The position numbers and the translations under genes are program-made. The notes under the pieces were generated by a model, which worked only from the letters and a program-made list of their open reading frames with translations, had not been told where the DNA came from and did not search any database. Positions 19,028-27,524 of a stretch of 64,000 nucleotides of DNA are shown piece by piece (positions within the stretch are counted from its first letter, which is position 1; the number at the start of each line of letters is the position of its first letter). The stretch covers positions 1,458 to 65,457 of the forward strand of contig CACEHH010000004.1 in the NCBI GenBank assembly GCA_902559345.1, given 5' to 3'. This stretch comes from an uncultured SAR86 cluster bacterium (lineage in GTDB: Bacteria > Pseudomonadota > Gammaproteobacteria > Magnimaribacterales > D2472).

Positions 19028-19297
19028 GTGAAATTATCTTACTGGCAACTTAACTTAATAATACTTACTTTGCTTTTGTCTATTTGGTTTATCGTCTCCT
19101 TTGGCTTTGGAATAATCTGGTCTGAAAGACTTGATGAAATTTCCATTGGAGGTTTTAAGCTAGGATTTTGGTTTTCTCAACAAGGCAGTATTTATTTCTT
19201 TGTATTTATTATTTTTATCTATGTTTATTTGATGAATAAGTTAGATAAGAAATTCTCTAAAGATTTCAATCAAGATAAAGAAAAAGGCGACAAATGA
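19028..19297 (+). CDS. DUF4212-type small membrane subunit of a sodium:solute symporter
   Basis: 89 aa, GTG start, two TM helices. Overlaps the following SSS gene by 4 nt, the canonical pairing. Confidence 0.7.
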   Translation: MKLSYWQLNLIILTLLLSIWFIVSFGFGIIWSERLDEISIGGFKLGFWFSQQGSIYFFVFIIFIYVYLMNKLDKKFSKDFNQDKEKGDK

Positions 19298-21042
19298 GCC
19301 TACAAACGCTTACCTATTTATTTGTTGGATTTTCTTTTGCTATTTATATAGGAATAGCGATTTGGTCAAGAGCTAGATCTACAAATGATTTTTATATAGC
19401 CGGGAAAGGGGTCAGTCCTGTTGCAAATGGTATGGCAACTGCAGCTGATTGGATGTCAGCAGCTTCATTCATTTCAATGGCTGGATTAATTGCCTTTCTT
19501 GGTAAAGATGGATCTGTTTATTTAATGGGATGGACAGGAGGATATGTTCTATTAGCACTTTTATTAGCACCGTACTTAAGAAAATTTGGTAAATATACTG
19601 TTCCAGATTTTATTGGCACTAGGTACTATTCTAAGGCAGCAAGATTGGTCGCAATTATTTGTTTAATTTTCATTTCATTTACCTACGTAGCTGGTCAAAT
19701 GAGAGGAGTTGGAATTGTCTTTTCAAGATTCCTTGAGGTAGATATTAACACTGGTGTAATTATTGGGATGTGCATTGTTTTCTTTTATGCAGTATTAGGC
19801 GGCATGAAAGGAATAACCTATACACAGGTTGCTCAGTATTGCGTATTAATATTTGCATATCTTGTTCCAGCAATATTCATTTCCATAATGATTACAAATA
19901 ATCCAATACCCCAACTCGGGTTTGGCGATAAAATTGCAGGAACCTCAACTTATTTATTGGATAAGCTAGACCAATTATCAATAGAGCTTGGTTTCAATGC
20001 ATATACTGAAAATACAAAAACTAACATTGACATATTTTTCATTACTGCCGCTCTAATGTTTGGCACTGCAGGCCTTCCACATGTGATAGTTAGATTTTTT
20101 ACAGTACCAAAAGTAAGTGACGCAAGAAAATCAGCAGGTTATGCTTTAATATTTATAGCGCTTTTGTACACCACAGCCCCAGCAGTAGCTGCATTTGCAA
20201 AAATAAATTTTATTGATTCAGTTCAAGAGGTCAAATACGAGACTGCACCAGAATGGTTTAAGAATTGGGAAGAGATAGGTTTAATCGCTTGGAAAGATAA
20301 AAATAATGATGGAATAATAAATTATTCAAACGGCGATGCTTTAGTTGGAGTTAAACCAAAATATCTTGATCAGGATGGAGATTATGGTGAAAGATTAGTC
20401 TCAAATAATCCAGATCCTTCAAACTCAAATGAAGTTTATATTGACAATGACATAATGGTCCTTGCAAATCCCGAAATTGCTAAGTTGCCAAATTGGATCA
20501 TTGCACTTGTTGCTGCAGGAGCTCTAGCTGCCGCACTATCAACTGCAGCAGGTTTGTTGCTTGTTATATCAGCATCAATATCACATGATTTAATGAAGAA
20601 AATGTTAATGCCAAAAATCACTGAAAAACAGGAATTATTTTATGCTAGATGCGCTGCAGCTGTCGCAATTTTTATTGCAGGGTTATTTGGCATATATCCT
20701 CCTGGATTTGTTGCACAGGTTGTCGCTTTTGCTTTTGGTTTGGCCGCATCGACTATCTTTCCAGCACTATTTTTAGGCATATTTTATAAAAGGTTAAATA
20801 AAGAGGGAGCAATCGCTGGTATGATAGCTGGGCTTTTATCAACATCAATTTATATAACTTATTTTAAGTTTATTAATCCACAACTAAATAGTTCTGAGAA
20901 CTGGTTCTTTGGTATATCTCCTGAGGGCTTTGGGTTTTTAGGCATGCTTATTAATTTTAGTATTGCATTAATCGTCTCAAATTTTTATAGTAAACCACCT
21001 AATGAAATCTATCAGATGATAGATGAAATAAGAAAACCATAA
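19294..21042 (+). CDS. Sodium:solute symporter family permease (VC_2705 / ActP-like subfamily)
   Basis: 582 aa with about 13 TM helices. SSF motifs (GMATAADWMSAASF, GLPHVIVRFFT). Confidence 0.85.
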   Translation: MSLQTLTYLFVGFSFAIYIGIAIWSRARSTNDFYIAGKGVSPVANGMATAADWMSAASFISMAGLIAFLGKDGSVYLMGWTGGYVLLALLLAPYLRKFGKYTVPDFIGTRYYSKAARLVAIICLIFISFTYVAGQMRGVGIVFSRFLEVDINTGVIIGMCIVFFYAVLGGMKGITYTQVAQYCVLIFAYLVPAIFISIMITNNPIPQLGFGDKIAGTSTYLLDKLDQLSIELGFNAYTENTKTNIDIFFITAALMFGTAGLPHVIVRFFTVPKVSDARKSAGYALIFIALLYTTAPAVAAFAKINFIDSVQEVKYETAPEWFKNWEEIGLIAWKDKNNDGIINYSNGDALVGVKPKYLDQDGDYGERLVSNNPDPSNSNEVYIDNDIMVLANPEIAKLPNWIIALVAAGALAAALSTAAGLLLVISASISHDLMKKMLMPKITEKQELFYARCAAAVAIFIAGLFGIYPPGFVAQVVAFAFGLAASTIFPALFLGIFYKRLNKEGAIAGMIAGLLSTSIYITYFKFINPQLNSSENWFFGISPEGFGFLGMLINFSIALIVSNFYSKPPNEIYQMIDEIRKP

Positions 21043-21045
21043 AAT

Positions 21046-21768
21046 ATGAAAAAAACAGTTGCTGTGATTGGCTCAAATGGAGCTATTGGAAATTCAATAT
21101 CTGAGATTCTTATTAAAGATGATTCGGTACAAGTAGTATATAAATTTTCAAGAATTTTAAACAATGAGAATTCAGATAAAGTAAAAAATATTCAAATCGA
21201 TATTAAAGATGAAACCTCAATAGAAAAAAGTATAGGGAAATTACCCAACGATATTAAATTTGATCTAATCTTTGTAGCAACTGGAATGCTGCATAATGAT
21301 GATGATATTTTTCCTGAGAAGAGCATTAAGGACATTAGCAAAAAGAAGTTACAGAAAATTCTATTAGTAAACACAGTGGGGCCAACATTGGTCGGTAAAT
21401 ATTTTATTCCTTTTCTTAAAAAAGATACTAGAAGTGTATTTGCATTTTTAAGTGCTAGAGTTGGAAGTATTTCAGATAATAAATTAGGAGGTTGGTACTC
21501 TTATCGAGCAAGCAAGACAGCCCTAAACCAAATTATAAAAAATTTTAGTATTGAAATTAGAAGATCAAATCCTAATGCTATTTTTGTTGGACTTCAGCCT
21601 GGAACTGTTAAAAGTTATCTAAGCAAGCCATTTGAAAAGAATGTAAAAGCAGAGAATTTATTTACTCCCCATTATAGTGCGGAAAAGCTTCTCGAGGTAA
21701 TTAACAATCTAGATAAAGATGATAGTGGAAAGATATATGCATGGGATGGTGAAGAAATCCAGCCATAA
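21046..21768 (+). CDS. Short-chain dehydrogenase/reductase (CsgA/C-factor-like SDR)
   Basis: GSNGAIG dinucleotide motif. Catalytic YRASK. 240 aa. Confidence 0.8.
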   Translation: MKKTVAVIGSNGAIGNSISEILIKDDSVQVVYKFSRILNNENSDKVKNIQIDIKDETSIEKSIGKLPNDIKFDLIFVATGMLHNDDDIFPEKSIKDISKKKLQKILLVNTVGPTLVGKYFIPFLKKDTRSVFAFLSARVGSISDNKLGGWYSYRASKTALNQIIKNFSIEIRRSNPNAIFVGLQPGTVKSYLSKPFEKNVKAENLFTPHYSAEKLLEVINNLDKDDSGKIYAWDGEEIQP

Positions 21769-21772
21769 AAAA

Positions 21773-21790
21773 ACCCAGCCTAGGCTGGGT
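21773..21790. terminator. Bidirectional hairpin terminator between the SDR gene and the proteorhodopsin gene
   Basis: ACCCAGC-CTAG-GCTGGGT, flanked by an A-run on the left and a T-run on the right. Confidence 0.7.
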
Positions 21791-21809
21791 TTTTAAGAAT
21801 ATAATTAAA

Positions 21810-22622
21810 TTATTCTGAGTCGCTAACAGCTGCTACATAAATCGCTAAACCGAATGCAATTTTGTTAACAAAATCAGCAAGGTTGTAGATTAAGTTGCTG
21901 TTACCCATATCTGGATTTTCACCTATACCAAGGAAATATCCGATTGGATAAATAGCCCAACCAACAGTAACTATCAATCTGATAGTCCCAAAAGCGCTTT
22001 GAGCTGCAGCATTACCACTGGAAGCATTTAGCTTTCCAGCTTCACCGGCAAAGACTTCATAAATAATGTATATCCATGCAAGTAGTGCAACAACACCACA
22101 AACCATAGCATTTGCCATTCCCATCTCACCCATGTAACCACCAACAAGCATAACTAAAGATGCCACTAATAGTTTCCAGAACATGCTTGATGCAACATTA
22201 GTGCAAACTTTAAGTATTAAGTAGAACTCAATAATTTGAAGTGGCACAGTAATTAACCAATCAATGTAACGATAAGTAGTTGGAGAGCTTCCTTCAGCTG
22301 CTGCCATAGCCTCAGCTTCTGTCATTCCACCTTCAACTAGGCCTTGCATACTTTCATTCCATGAAACAGACCATACGCCTCTCATGTATAGATAATGCCA
22401 GAAAGCAATACCAGTAACTAAAGCTGCAACAGATAATGAAGTTTTCCACTTGCCATGTACTCTATCTCTTTCAACTAAGAAAAACACAGTAGCTGCAAGC
22501 ATACCTGCAGTAACTAGCCAAAATGAAACACCTACAGTATCAGCAGGGTTTAGATCAGCACCACCATCAGCTGCAAAAACAGGCAATGCAACAGCACCAA
22601 TCAACATTAATAAAAATTTCAT
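21810..22622 (-). CDS. Proteorhodopsin (light-driven proton pump), blue-tuned type, with an extended B-C loop
   Basis: 270 aa from the ATG at 22620-22622 (SD AAGGAG 7 nt upstream). Signal peptide, FWHY (His75 equivalent), RYIDW (Asp97 equivalent), TVPLQIIEFYLIL (Gln105 and Glu108 equivalents) and NLADFVNKI (Asp227 and Schiff-base Lys231 equivalents). Confidence 0.93.
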   Translation of the reverse strand: MKFLLMLIGAVALPVFAADGGADLNPADTVGVSFWLVTAGMLAATVFFLVERDRVHGKWKTSLSVAALVTGIAFWHYLYMRGVWSVSWNESMQGLVEGGMTEAEAMAAAEGSSPTTYRYIDWLITVPLQIIEFYLILKVCTNVASSMFWKLLVASLVMLVGGYMGEMGMANAMVCGVVALLAWIYIIYEVFAGEAGKLNASSGNAAAQSAFGTIRLIVTVGWAIYPIGYFLGIGENPDMGNSNLIYNLADFVNKIAFGLAIYVAAVSDSE

Positions 22623-22684
22623 ATATAACTCCTTATAAGTAAGCAGGAGCAAAAATTACTCCCCCCCGTAATATACAAGTGCAT

Positions 22685-22713
22685 ATGATACAAAAATCTT
22701 AAAAATGTATCAA
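22685..22713 (-). promoter_or_regulatory. Candidate sigma-70 promoter of the proteorhodopsin gene
   Basis: The minus strand reads TTGATA (22708-22713), a 17-nt spacer, then TATCAT (22685-22690). It is overlapped by the inverted repeat TGATACA-N13-TGTATCA. Confidence 0.35.
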
Positions 22714-22788
22714 ATTTAGCCTTAATCTGAATCATTGCATCAGTTAATAATTTTGATTAAACAACAATATTTAGTATGATTCTAAGTT

Positions 22789-23271
22789 ATGAAAGTAGCA
22801 ATTTATCCAGGATCTTTTGATCCAATAACATATGGGCATATGGATATTATTGATAGAGCGTGTGGCCTATTTGATAAAATAGTTATAGCAATTGCAAAAA
22901 ATGAAGCAAAAAACCCTCTATTTGGTCTGGAAGATAGAATAAAGCTTGCTACAAAGATTTACAAAGATAATTCGCAAGTAGAAATTGTTGGGTTTCCAAG
23001 ACAGCTAACAGTAGATATTGCTAAAGAACAGAATGCTTGTGCAATTATAAGAGGTCTAAGGGCAGTATCTGATTTTGAGTATGAATTTCAACTAGCAACA
23101 ATGAACAGATCTCTTGCTCCAGACATTGAGAGCATTTTCTTAACGCCTAAAGAAAGTCTAATATATGTATCTTCAAGTTTGATTAAGGAGATTTGTGATT
23201 TAAAAGGCGATATCAGTAAGTTTGTACATCCATCAGTTGAACAAGCATTAAAAGCAAAATTAGCTTCTTAA
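22789..23271 (+). CDS. coaD: Phosphopantetheine adenylyltransferase
   Basis: 160 aa. YPGSFDPITYGH (HxGH-type nucleotidyltransferase motif). IRGLRAVSDFEYE. Confidence 0.92.
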   Translation: MKVAIYPGSFDPITYGHMDIIDRACGLFDKIVIAIAKNEAKNPLFGLEDRIKLATKIYKDNSQVEIVGFPRQLTVDIAKEQNACAIIRGLRAVSDFEYEFQLATMNRSLAPDIESIFLTPKESLIYVSSSLIKEICDLKGDISKFVHPSVEQALKAKLAS

Positions 23272-24077
23272 ATTTGGCATTTGTTACATGAATATGTTGC
23301 CCTTTGGCCTATAAGAGTTCTTTCTATTTTACTTTTACAATTTTTACAATTTTCGTCTTCTTTCCCATAAACATTTAACTCAATATTAAAATATCCTTTA
23401 TTACCATCTGCAGAGTAAAAGTCTTTAAGGGTTGTTCCGCCAAGTTTAATCGCATCATTAAGAATTTTTTTTATCGATTTTGTTAAGCTTTTGATTTCAT
23501 TATTTGATACATCCTTAGAAGGCCTGCCGGGATTAATTTTTGCAAGAAATAGACTTTCTGATGCATATATATTTCCCACACCAACTATTTTCTTTTGATC
23601 CATAATAAGTTTTTTTATTTCAGTATTTTTGCCCTTGCATATTTTTGATAAATAATCTTTATTAAATGATTTTGACAAGGGTTCAACTCCAAGGTTCTTT
23701 ATTAAATTATGTTCATTAGGATTCTTGGTTAGATGAATTGAACCAAACCTTCTAGGGTCATTAAAAATTATTTTTTTATCTCGAAATACCAGTTCAGCAT
23801 GATCATGTTTTATAAAGTAATTATCCTTTATATTTTGTATCCTTAATTTTCCTGACATGCCTAGGTGAATCATTAAGCAATAGTCTTCGAAATATATAAG
23901 AATATACTTAGCTCTTCTAGTTATAGAGAATACTTTCTTATCTCTAAGACATCTCTCAACTCTTTTTTCAACCTTCCACCTTAAATTTCTATTATGGATG
24001 ACAATCCTCGCTAGAATTTTATTTTCAAATTCACTAATAGCTCTAACGGTTGTTTCAACCTCAGGCAGTTCAGGCAT
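23268..24077 (-). CDS. mutM: Formamidopyrimidine-DNA glycosylase
   Basis: N-terminal MPELPEVE. C-terminal zinc finger CKNC...C.KCQ. Confidence 0.92.
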   Translation of the reverse strand: MPELPEVETTVRAISEFENKILARIVIHNRNLRWKVEKRVERCLRDKKVFSITRRAKYILIYFEDYCLMIHLGMSGKLRIQNIKDNYFIKHDHAELVFRDKKIIFNDPRRFGSIHLTKNPNEHNLIKNLGVEPLSKSFNKDYLSKICKGKNTEIKKLIMDQKKIVGVGNIYASESLFLAKINPGRPSKDVSNNEIKSLTKSIKKILNDAIKLGGTTLKDFYSADGNKGYFNIELNVYGKEDENCKNCKSKIERTLIGQRATYSCNKCQI

Positions 24078-24079
24078 TT

Positions 24080-25420
24080 TTATTTAAGGAGATTGCTTAT
24101 ATCTTGAATATCGCTAGGGCTTATAGTGCCAGATGCTAAAGCTAATCTTAAATTAGCAAGAATATAATCATATTTTGCGTTAGCAAGATTTTTTTCAGCG
24201 CTATATAGATTTTTTTCAGCTTGAAGTAAGTCTACAATATTTCTTGTTCCTACCTTATAACCAACTTGAGTTGCCTCGAGCGCACTAGTTGCTGAAATTA
24301 CAGCTTGATTTTGTGCATTAACATTAGCAACTAAAGTTACAACGTTTGAAAATTGAGATCTAACTTCTTGGATTACTCTTCTTTCAGTAAATAATGTATT
24401 TTCATCTGCTTGATTATATTGAGAATATGCTTGTTTTCTTCTAGAGCTAACTGCACCACCTTGAAATATTGGAACACTCATCTGGATTGCATAATTTCTT
24501 CTTCCAGTTACTGCTGGCACAGGAATTCCCTGACCATTTATCTCAAAACCTTCATAATTAAACTGATTGGTTTCTGACTCTGATCCAGTACCAACAATAT
24601 CAATTTTAGGAAGATGATTTGAGGCAGCATTTCTTGCATTGCTTTTTGCAGCGTCTCTTCTTAAATAAGAGGCTTTTAATTGATAGTTATTTTCCAAAGC
24701 AAGCTCAACCCATTCTTCTTTTGAATTTGGATAGGGTAAAGATACATTGAGGTTATCACCCAACTCATCAATAGAAAATATTTCTCTACCTATAAGAGCA
24801 TTAAGCGCCTCTCTTGCAGAAAATAAATTACCTTCTAGGTTTATTCTTGATGCCTTGCTTAAATCATATGCTAATTGCGCTTCCTGAACACCAGTTATAG
24901 CCGAGAGACCAACGTCATATCTTTGTTGGGCTTGATCTAATTGTTTTTTAATAGCTTTCTCTTCTGAAATAGCTGCGTTGAGATTATCGATTGCTCTTAA
25001 TACTCCAAAATATAGTTCAGCTGTTCTTAGAACTAGGTTTTGTTGCTCATATGCAAAATCAGCTTCAGAAGCGTCTGTTAAAGATTTCGATCTTTTAAAG
25101 TTAAACCATGTATCTAGTCTGAAAAGGGGCTGTCTTATGGTCGCTGATTTTGAAAAAGAATTATATTCTTGTTGCAAAATATCATTTTGATAATATTCAT
25201 TCCAATTTGTTGAGCCATTTAAAGTTATGCTAGGCAAAAGAGCTGCTCTACCTTGAACAACAATCTGTTTGTCGGCTAGATATGAATATTCAGCAGCCTT
25301 GTAAGACGGATCATTTTCAAGAGCTTCATTATAAATTTCAAGAATATTCTCAGATGACAAATATGAGCATGAGAGAGCAATAACAACAAACTTATGATAA
25401 AAACAAATTTTCATTTGCAT
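24080..25420 (-). CDS. tolC: Outer-membrane channel TolC
   Basis: 446 aa. Signal peptide. Duplicated OEP repeat structure. N-terminal LEIYNEALENDPSYKAA. Confidence 0.85.
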   Translation of the reverse strand: MQMKICFYHKFVVIALSCSYLSSENILEIYNEALENDPSYKAAEYSYLADKQIVVQGRAALLPSITLNGSTNWNEYYQNDILQQEYNSFSKSATIRQPLFRLDTWFNFKRSKSLTDASEADFAYEQQNLVLRTAELYFGVLRAIDNLNAAISEEKAIKKQLDQAQQRYDVGLSAITGVQEAQLAYDLSKASRINLEGNLFSAREALNALIGREIFSIDELGDNLNVSLPYPNSKEEWVELALENNYQLKASYLRRDAAKSNARNAASNHLPKIDIVGTGSESETNQFNYEGFEINGQGIPVPAVTGRRNYAIQMSVPIFQGGAVSSRRKQAYSQYNQADENTLFTERRVIQEVRSQFSNVVTLVANVNAQNQAVISATSALEATQVGYKVGTRNIVDLLQAEKNLYSAEKNLANAKYDYILANLRLALASGTISPSDIQDISNLLK

Positions 25421-25629
25421 ATTCTAACCTATTAGATGTGTGCAGTGTAAACATTATAATAATTAATATTATTTTATTATACATATGTCTAGAAAATTAT
25501 TTAAAAAGTTCAAATAAAACGTTTTTCGGCATTTGTTTAGAGTAGAATAAACATGAAATTAAAAAACTTTTATGAGAAATTATATAAATAAGGAAGGTTT
25601 TTATACATTAATTCATAAGGCATATTAAG

Positions 25630-27522
25630 TTGGCCAAGAATACATACGACTCAAAAGCAATAGAAGTTCTTTCTGGTTTAGACCCCGTAAGGAAAAGGCC
25701 AGGAATGTATACTGATACATCTTGCCCAAATCATTTAATTCAAGAAGTTCTTGATAATTCTATTGATGAGGCAATAGCTGGCCACTGTTCAAATATTAAA
25801 ATTAAATTAGAAAAAGATAGCCATATTAAAGTTAGTGACGATGGGAGAGGCATGCCTGTTGATATACACCCAGAACATAAAGTAAGTGGCGTTGAACTTA
25901 TTTTATGTAAATTACATGCAGGCGCAAAATTTTCTGGTGATGAATATAACTTTTCTGGAGGCCTTCATGGGGTAGGCGTATCAGTTGTAAATGCTTTATC
26001 TGAATCGTTACAAGTAAATATCAAAAGAGATTCTAAAGAACATGAAATGCATTTTAATAATGGAGACAAAAAAGGCGAATTAAAAATTATTGGAGATGTT
26101 GGCATTAGAAATAGCGGCACTTCAATAAAATTTAAACCAAATGCTAAATATTTCGAAAGTGATCAAATTAATTTAAAAGATTTAAAACATTTACTAAAAG
26201 CTAAAGCAGTTTTATGTCCAGGATTAACAATAGAATTTCATAATGAAAAGAAAAAAGAAAAGATTAAATGGTTTTATGAGGATGGATTAAAAAGCTATTT
26301 AGATGATTCATCTGAGGGAATAGATTTAATTCTAGAGGAATCAATCCTATCTTTAAAAGATTCTTCGTCCCAAGAGGTTGAATTTGTTATAAATTGGTCA
26401 AATAAGCCTCCAAAAAATAAGCTTGACGAAACTTATGTCAATTTAATCCCAACACCACAGGGAGGCTCGCATTTAAATGGTTTTAAATCTGGTTTGTTAG
26501 ATGCTTTAAAGGAATTCTGTGATATCAGGAACCTTTTACCAAAAGGGCTTAAGCTGAATGCTGAAGATGTAATATCAAATGCTATATTTGTTGTATCTTC
26601 TAAAATGCAAAATCCTCAATTCGCTGGACAAACTAAAGAAAGGCTTGATTCTAAGGATCATATGTCTTTTGTAAGCAACTCTACGAAAGATGTTTTAAGT
26701 ATTTGGTTTAATAAACATACCCAAGAGGGTGAAATGATTGCAGATCTTGCAATAAGTTCTGCACAAGCTAGAGCAAAAGCATCTAATACAGTTGAGAGAA
26801 AGAAAACCTTTAAGGGTCCAGCATTGCCTGGAAAATTATCAGATTGCAATAGCGAAGATTTAAACGAAACAGAATTATTTTTGGTAGAAGGTGATTCCGC
26901 AGGAGGGTCTGCAAAACAAGCAAGGGAGAGATCTTTTCAAGCAATAATGCCGCTAAGAGGAAAGATATTAAACACTTGGGATTTAGAAAGCGAAGAAATT
27001 ATCAAATCTCAAGAAATAAAGAATCTTTCTACCGCAATAGGCGTTCTTCCTGGAAACTCTGACATAAGCTCGCTTAGGTATGGAAAAATATGCATACTTG
27101 CTGATGCAGACTCCGATGGTTTACACATTGCAACTTTATTATGTGCTTTATTTTTAAGACACTTTAAAAGCCTTGTTCAGGAAGGAAGAATCTTTATAGC
27201 GATGCCTCCTTTATATAGAATTGACTGCGGTAAGGAAGTTTTATATGCGCTTGATGAAACTCAAAAGGATAAAGCGGTAAAAGAGTTTAAAAATAAAAAA
27301 GGCAAACCAAAGATTAATATTCAAAGATTTAAAGGCTTGGGTGAGATGAATCCATCTCAATTAAGAGAAACTGTAATGGATCCTAAAACTAGACAGCTTG
27401 TAAGATTGTCTATATCAGCAACTGATAACGCAAATACAATGATGGATCTCCTTCTTTCAAAAAAGAATGCTTCTGCAAGAAAAGAATGGCTTGAGAAAAA
27501 AGGTTCGTTAGTGAGGGTATAA
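25630..27522 (+). CDS. parE: DNA topoisomerase IV subunit B
   Basis: 630 aa, TTG start. GHKL ATPase ([24 protein letters not shown]). Toprim (EGDSAGG, DADSDG). Followed directly by parC. Confidence 0.9.
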   Translation: MAKNTYDSKAIEVLSGLDPVRKRPGMYTDTSCPNHLIQEVLDNSIDEAIAGHCSNIKIKLEKDSHIKVSDDGRGMPVDIHPEHKVSGVELILCKLHAGAKFSGDEYNFSGGLHGVGVSVVNALSESLQVNIKRDSKEHEMHFNNGDKKGELKIIGDVGIRNSGTSIKFKPNAKYFESDQINLKDLKHLLKAKAVLCPGLTIEFHNEKKKEKIKWFYEDGLKSYLDDSSEGIDLILEESILSLKDSSSQEVEFVINWSNKPPKNKLDETYVNLIPTPQGGSHLNGFKSGLLDALKEFCDIRNLLPKGLKLNAEDVISNAIFVVSSKMQNPQFAGQTKERLDSKDHMSFVSNSTKDVLSIWFNKHTQEGEMIADLAISSAQARAKASNTVERKKTFKGPALPGKLSDCNSEDLNETELFLVEGDSAGGSAKQARERSFQAIMPLRGKILNTWDLESEEIIKSQEIKNLSTAIGVLPGNSDISSLRYGKICILADADSDGLHIATLLCALFLRHFKSLVQEGRIFIAMPPLYRIDCGKEVLYALDETQKDKAVKEFKNKKGKPKINIQRFKGLGEMNPSQLRETVMDPKTRQLVRLSISATDNANTMMDLLLSKKNASARKEWLEKKGSLVRV

Positions 27523-27524
27523 AA

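Noticed and set aside
13535-22638. Track ORFs 13535..13720(-), 14455..14676(+), 16195..16473(-), 17765..17971(-), 20436..20621(-), 21192..21374(-) and 22450..22638(+)
   Set aside because: These are shadow ORFs inside the riboswitch/TBDR, pnuT/kinase, fdh, symporter, SDR and PR genes. The host genes explain the sequence.
22623-22652. Track start 22652 for proteorhodopsin (MLLLTYKELY-MKFLL...)
   Set aside because: The AAGGAG SD lies within those codons, immediately upstream of the second Met at 22622. MKFLLMLIGAVALPVFA is the canonical PR signal peptide start.
17058-22788. Higher G+C of the fdh and PR genes taken alone as proof of horizontal transfer
   Set aside because: Only spot counts were possible. 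Highly conserved enzymes and membrane proteins are commonly GC-richer than poorly conserved genes in AT-rich genomes. It is used only as weak supporting context for the island hypothesis.
25421-25629. 209-bp tolC-parE spacer containing an 11-codon mini-ORF (MKLKNFYEKLYK) as a leader peptide or attenuator
   Set aside because: There is no downstream terminator/antiterminator structure, no run of regulatory codons and no RBS. It is most simply a divergent promoter region.
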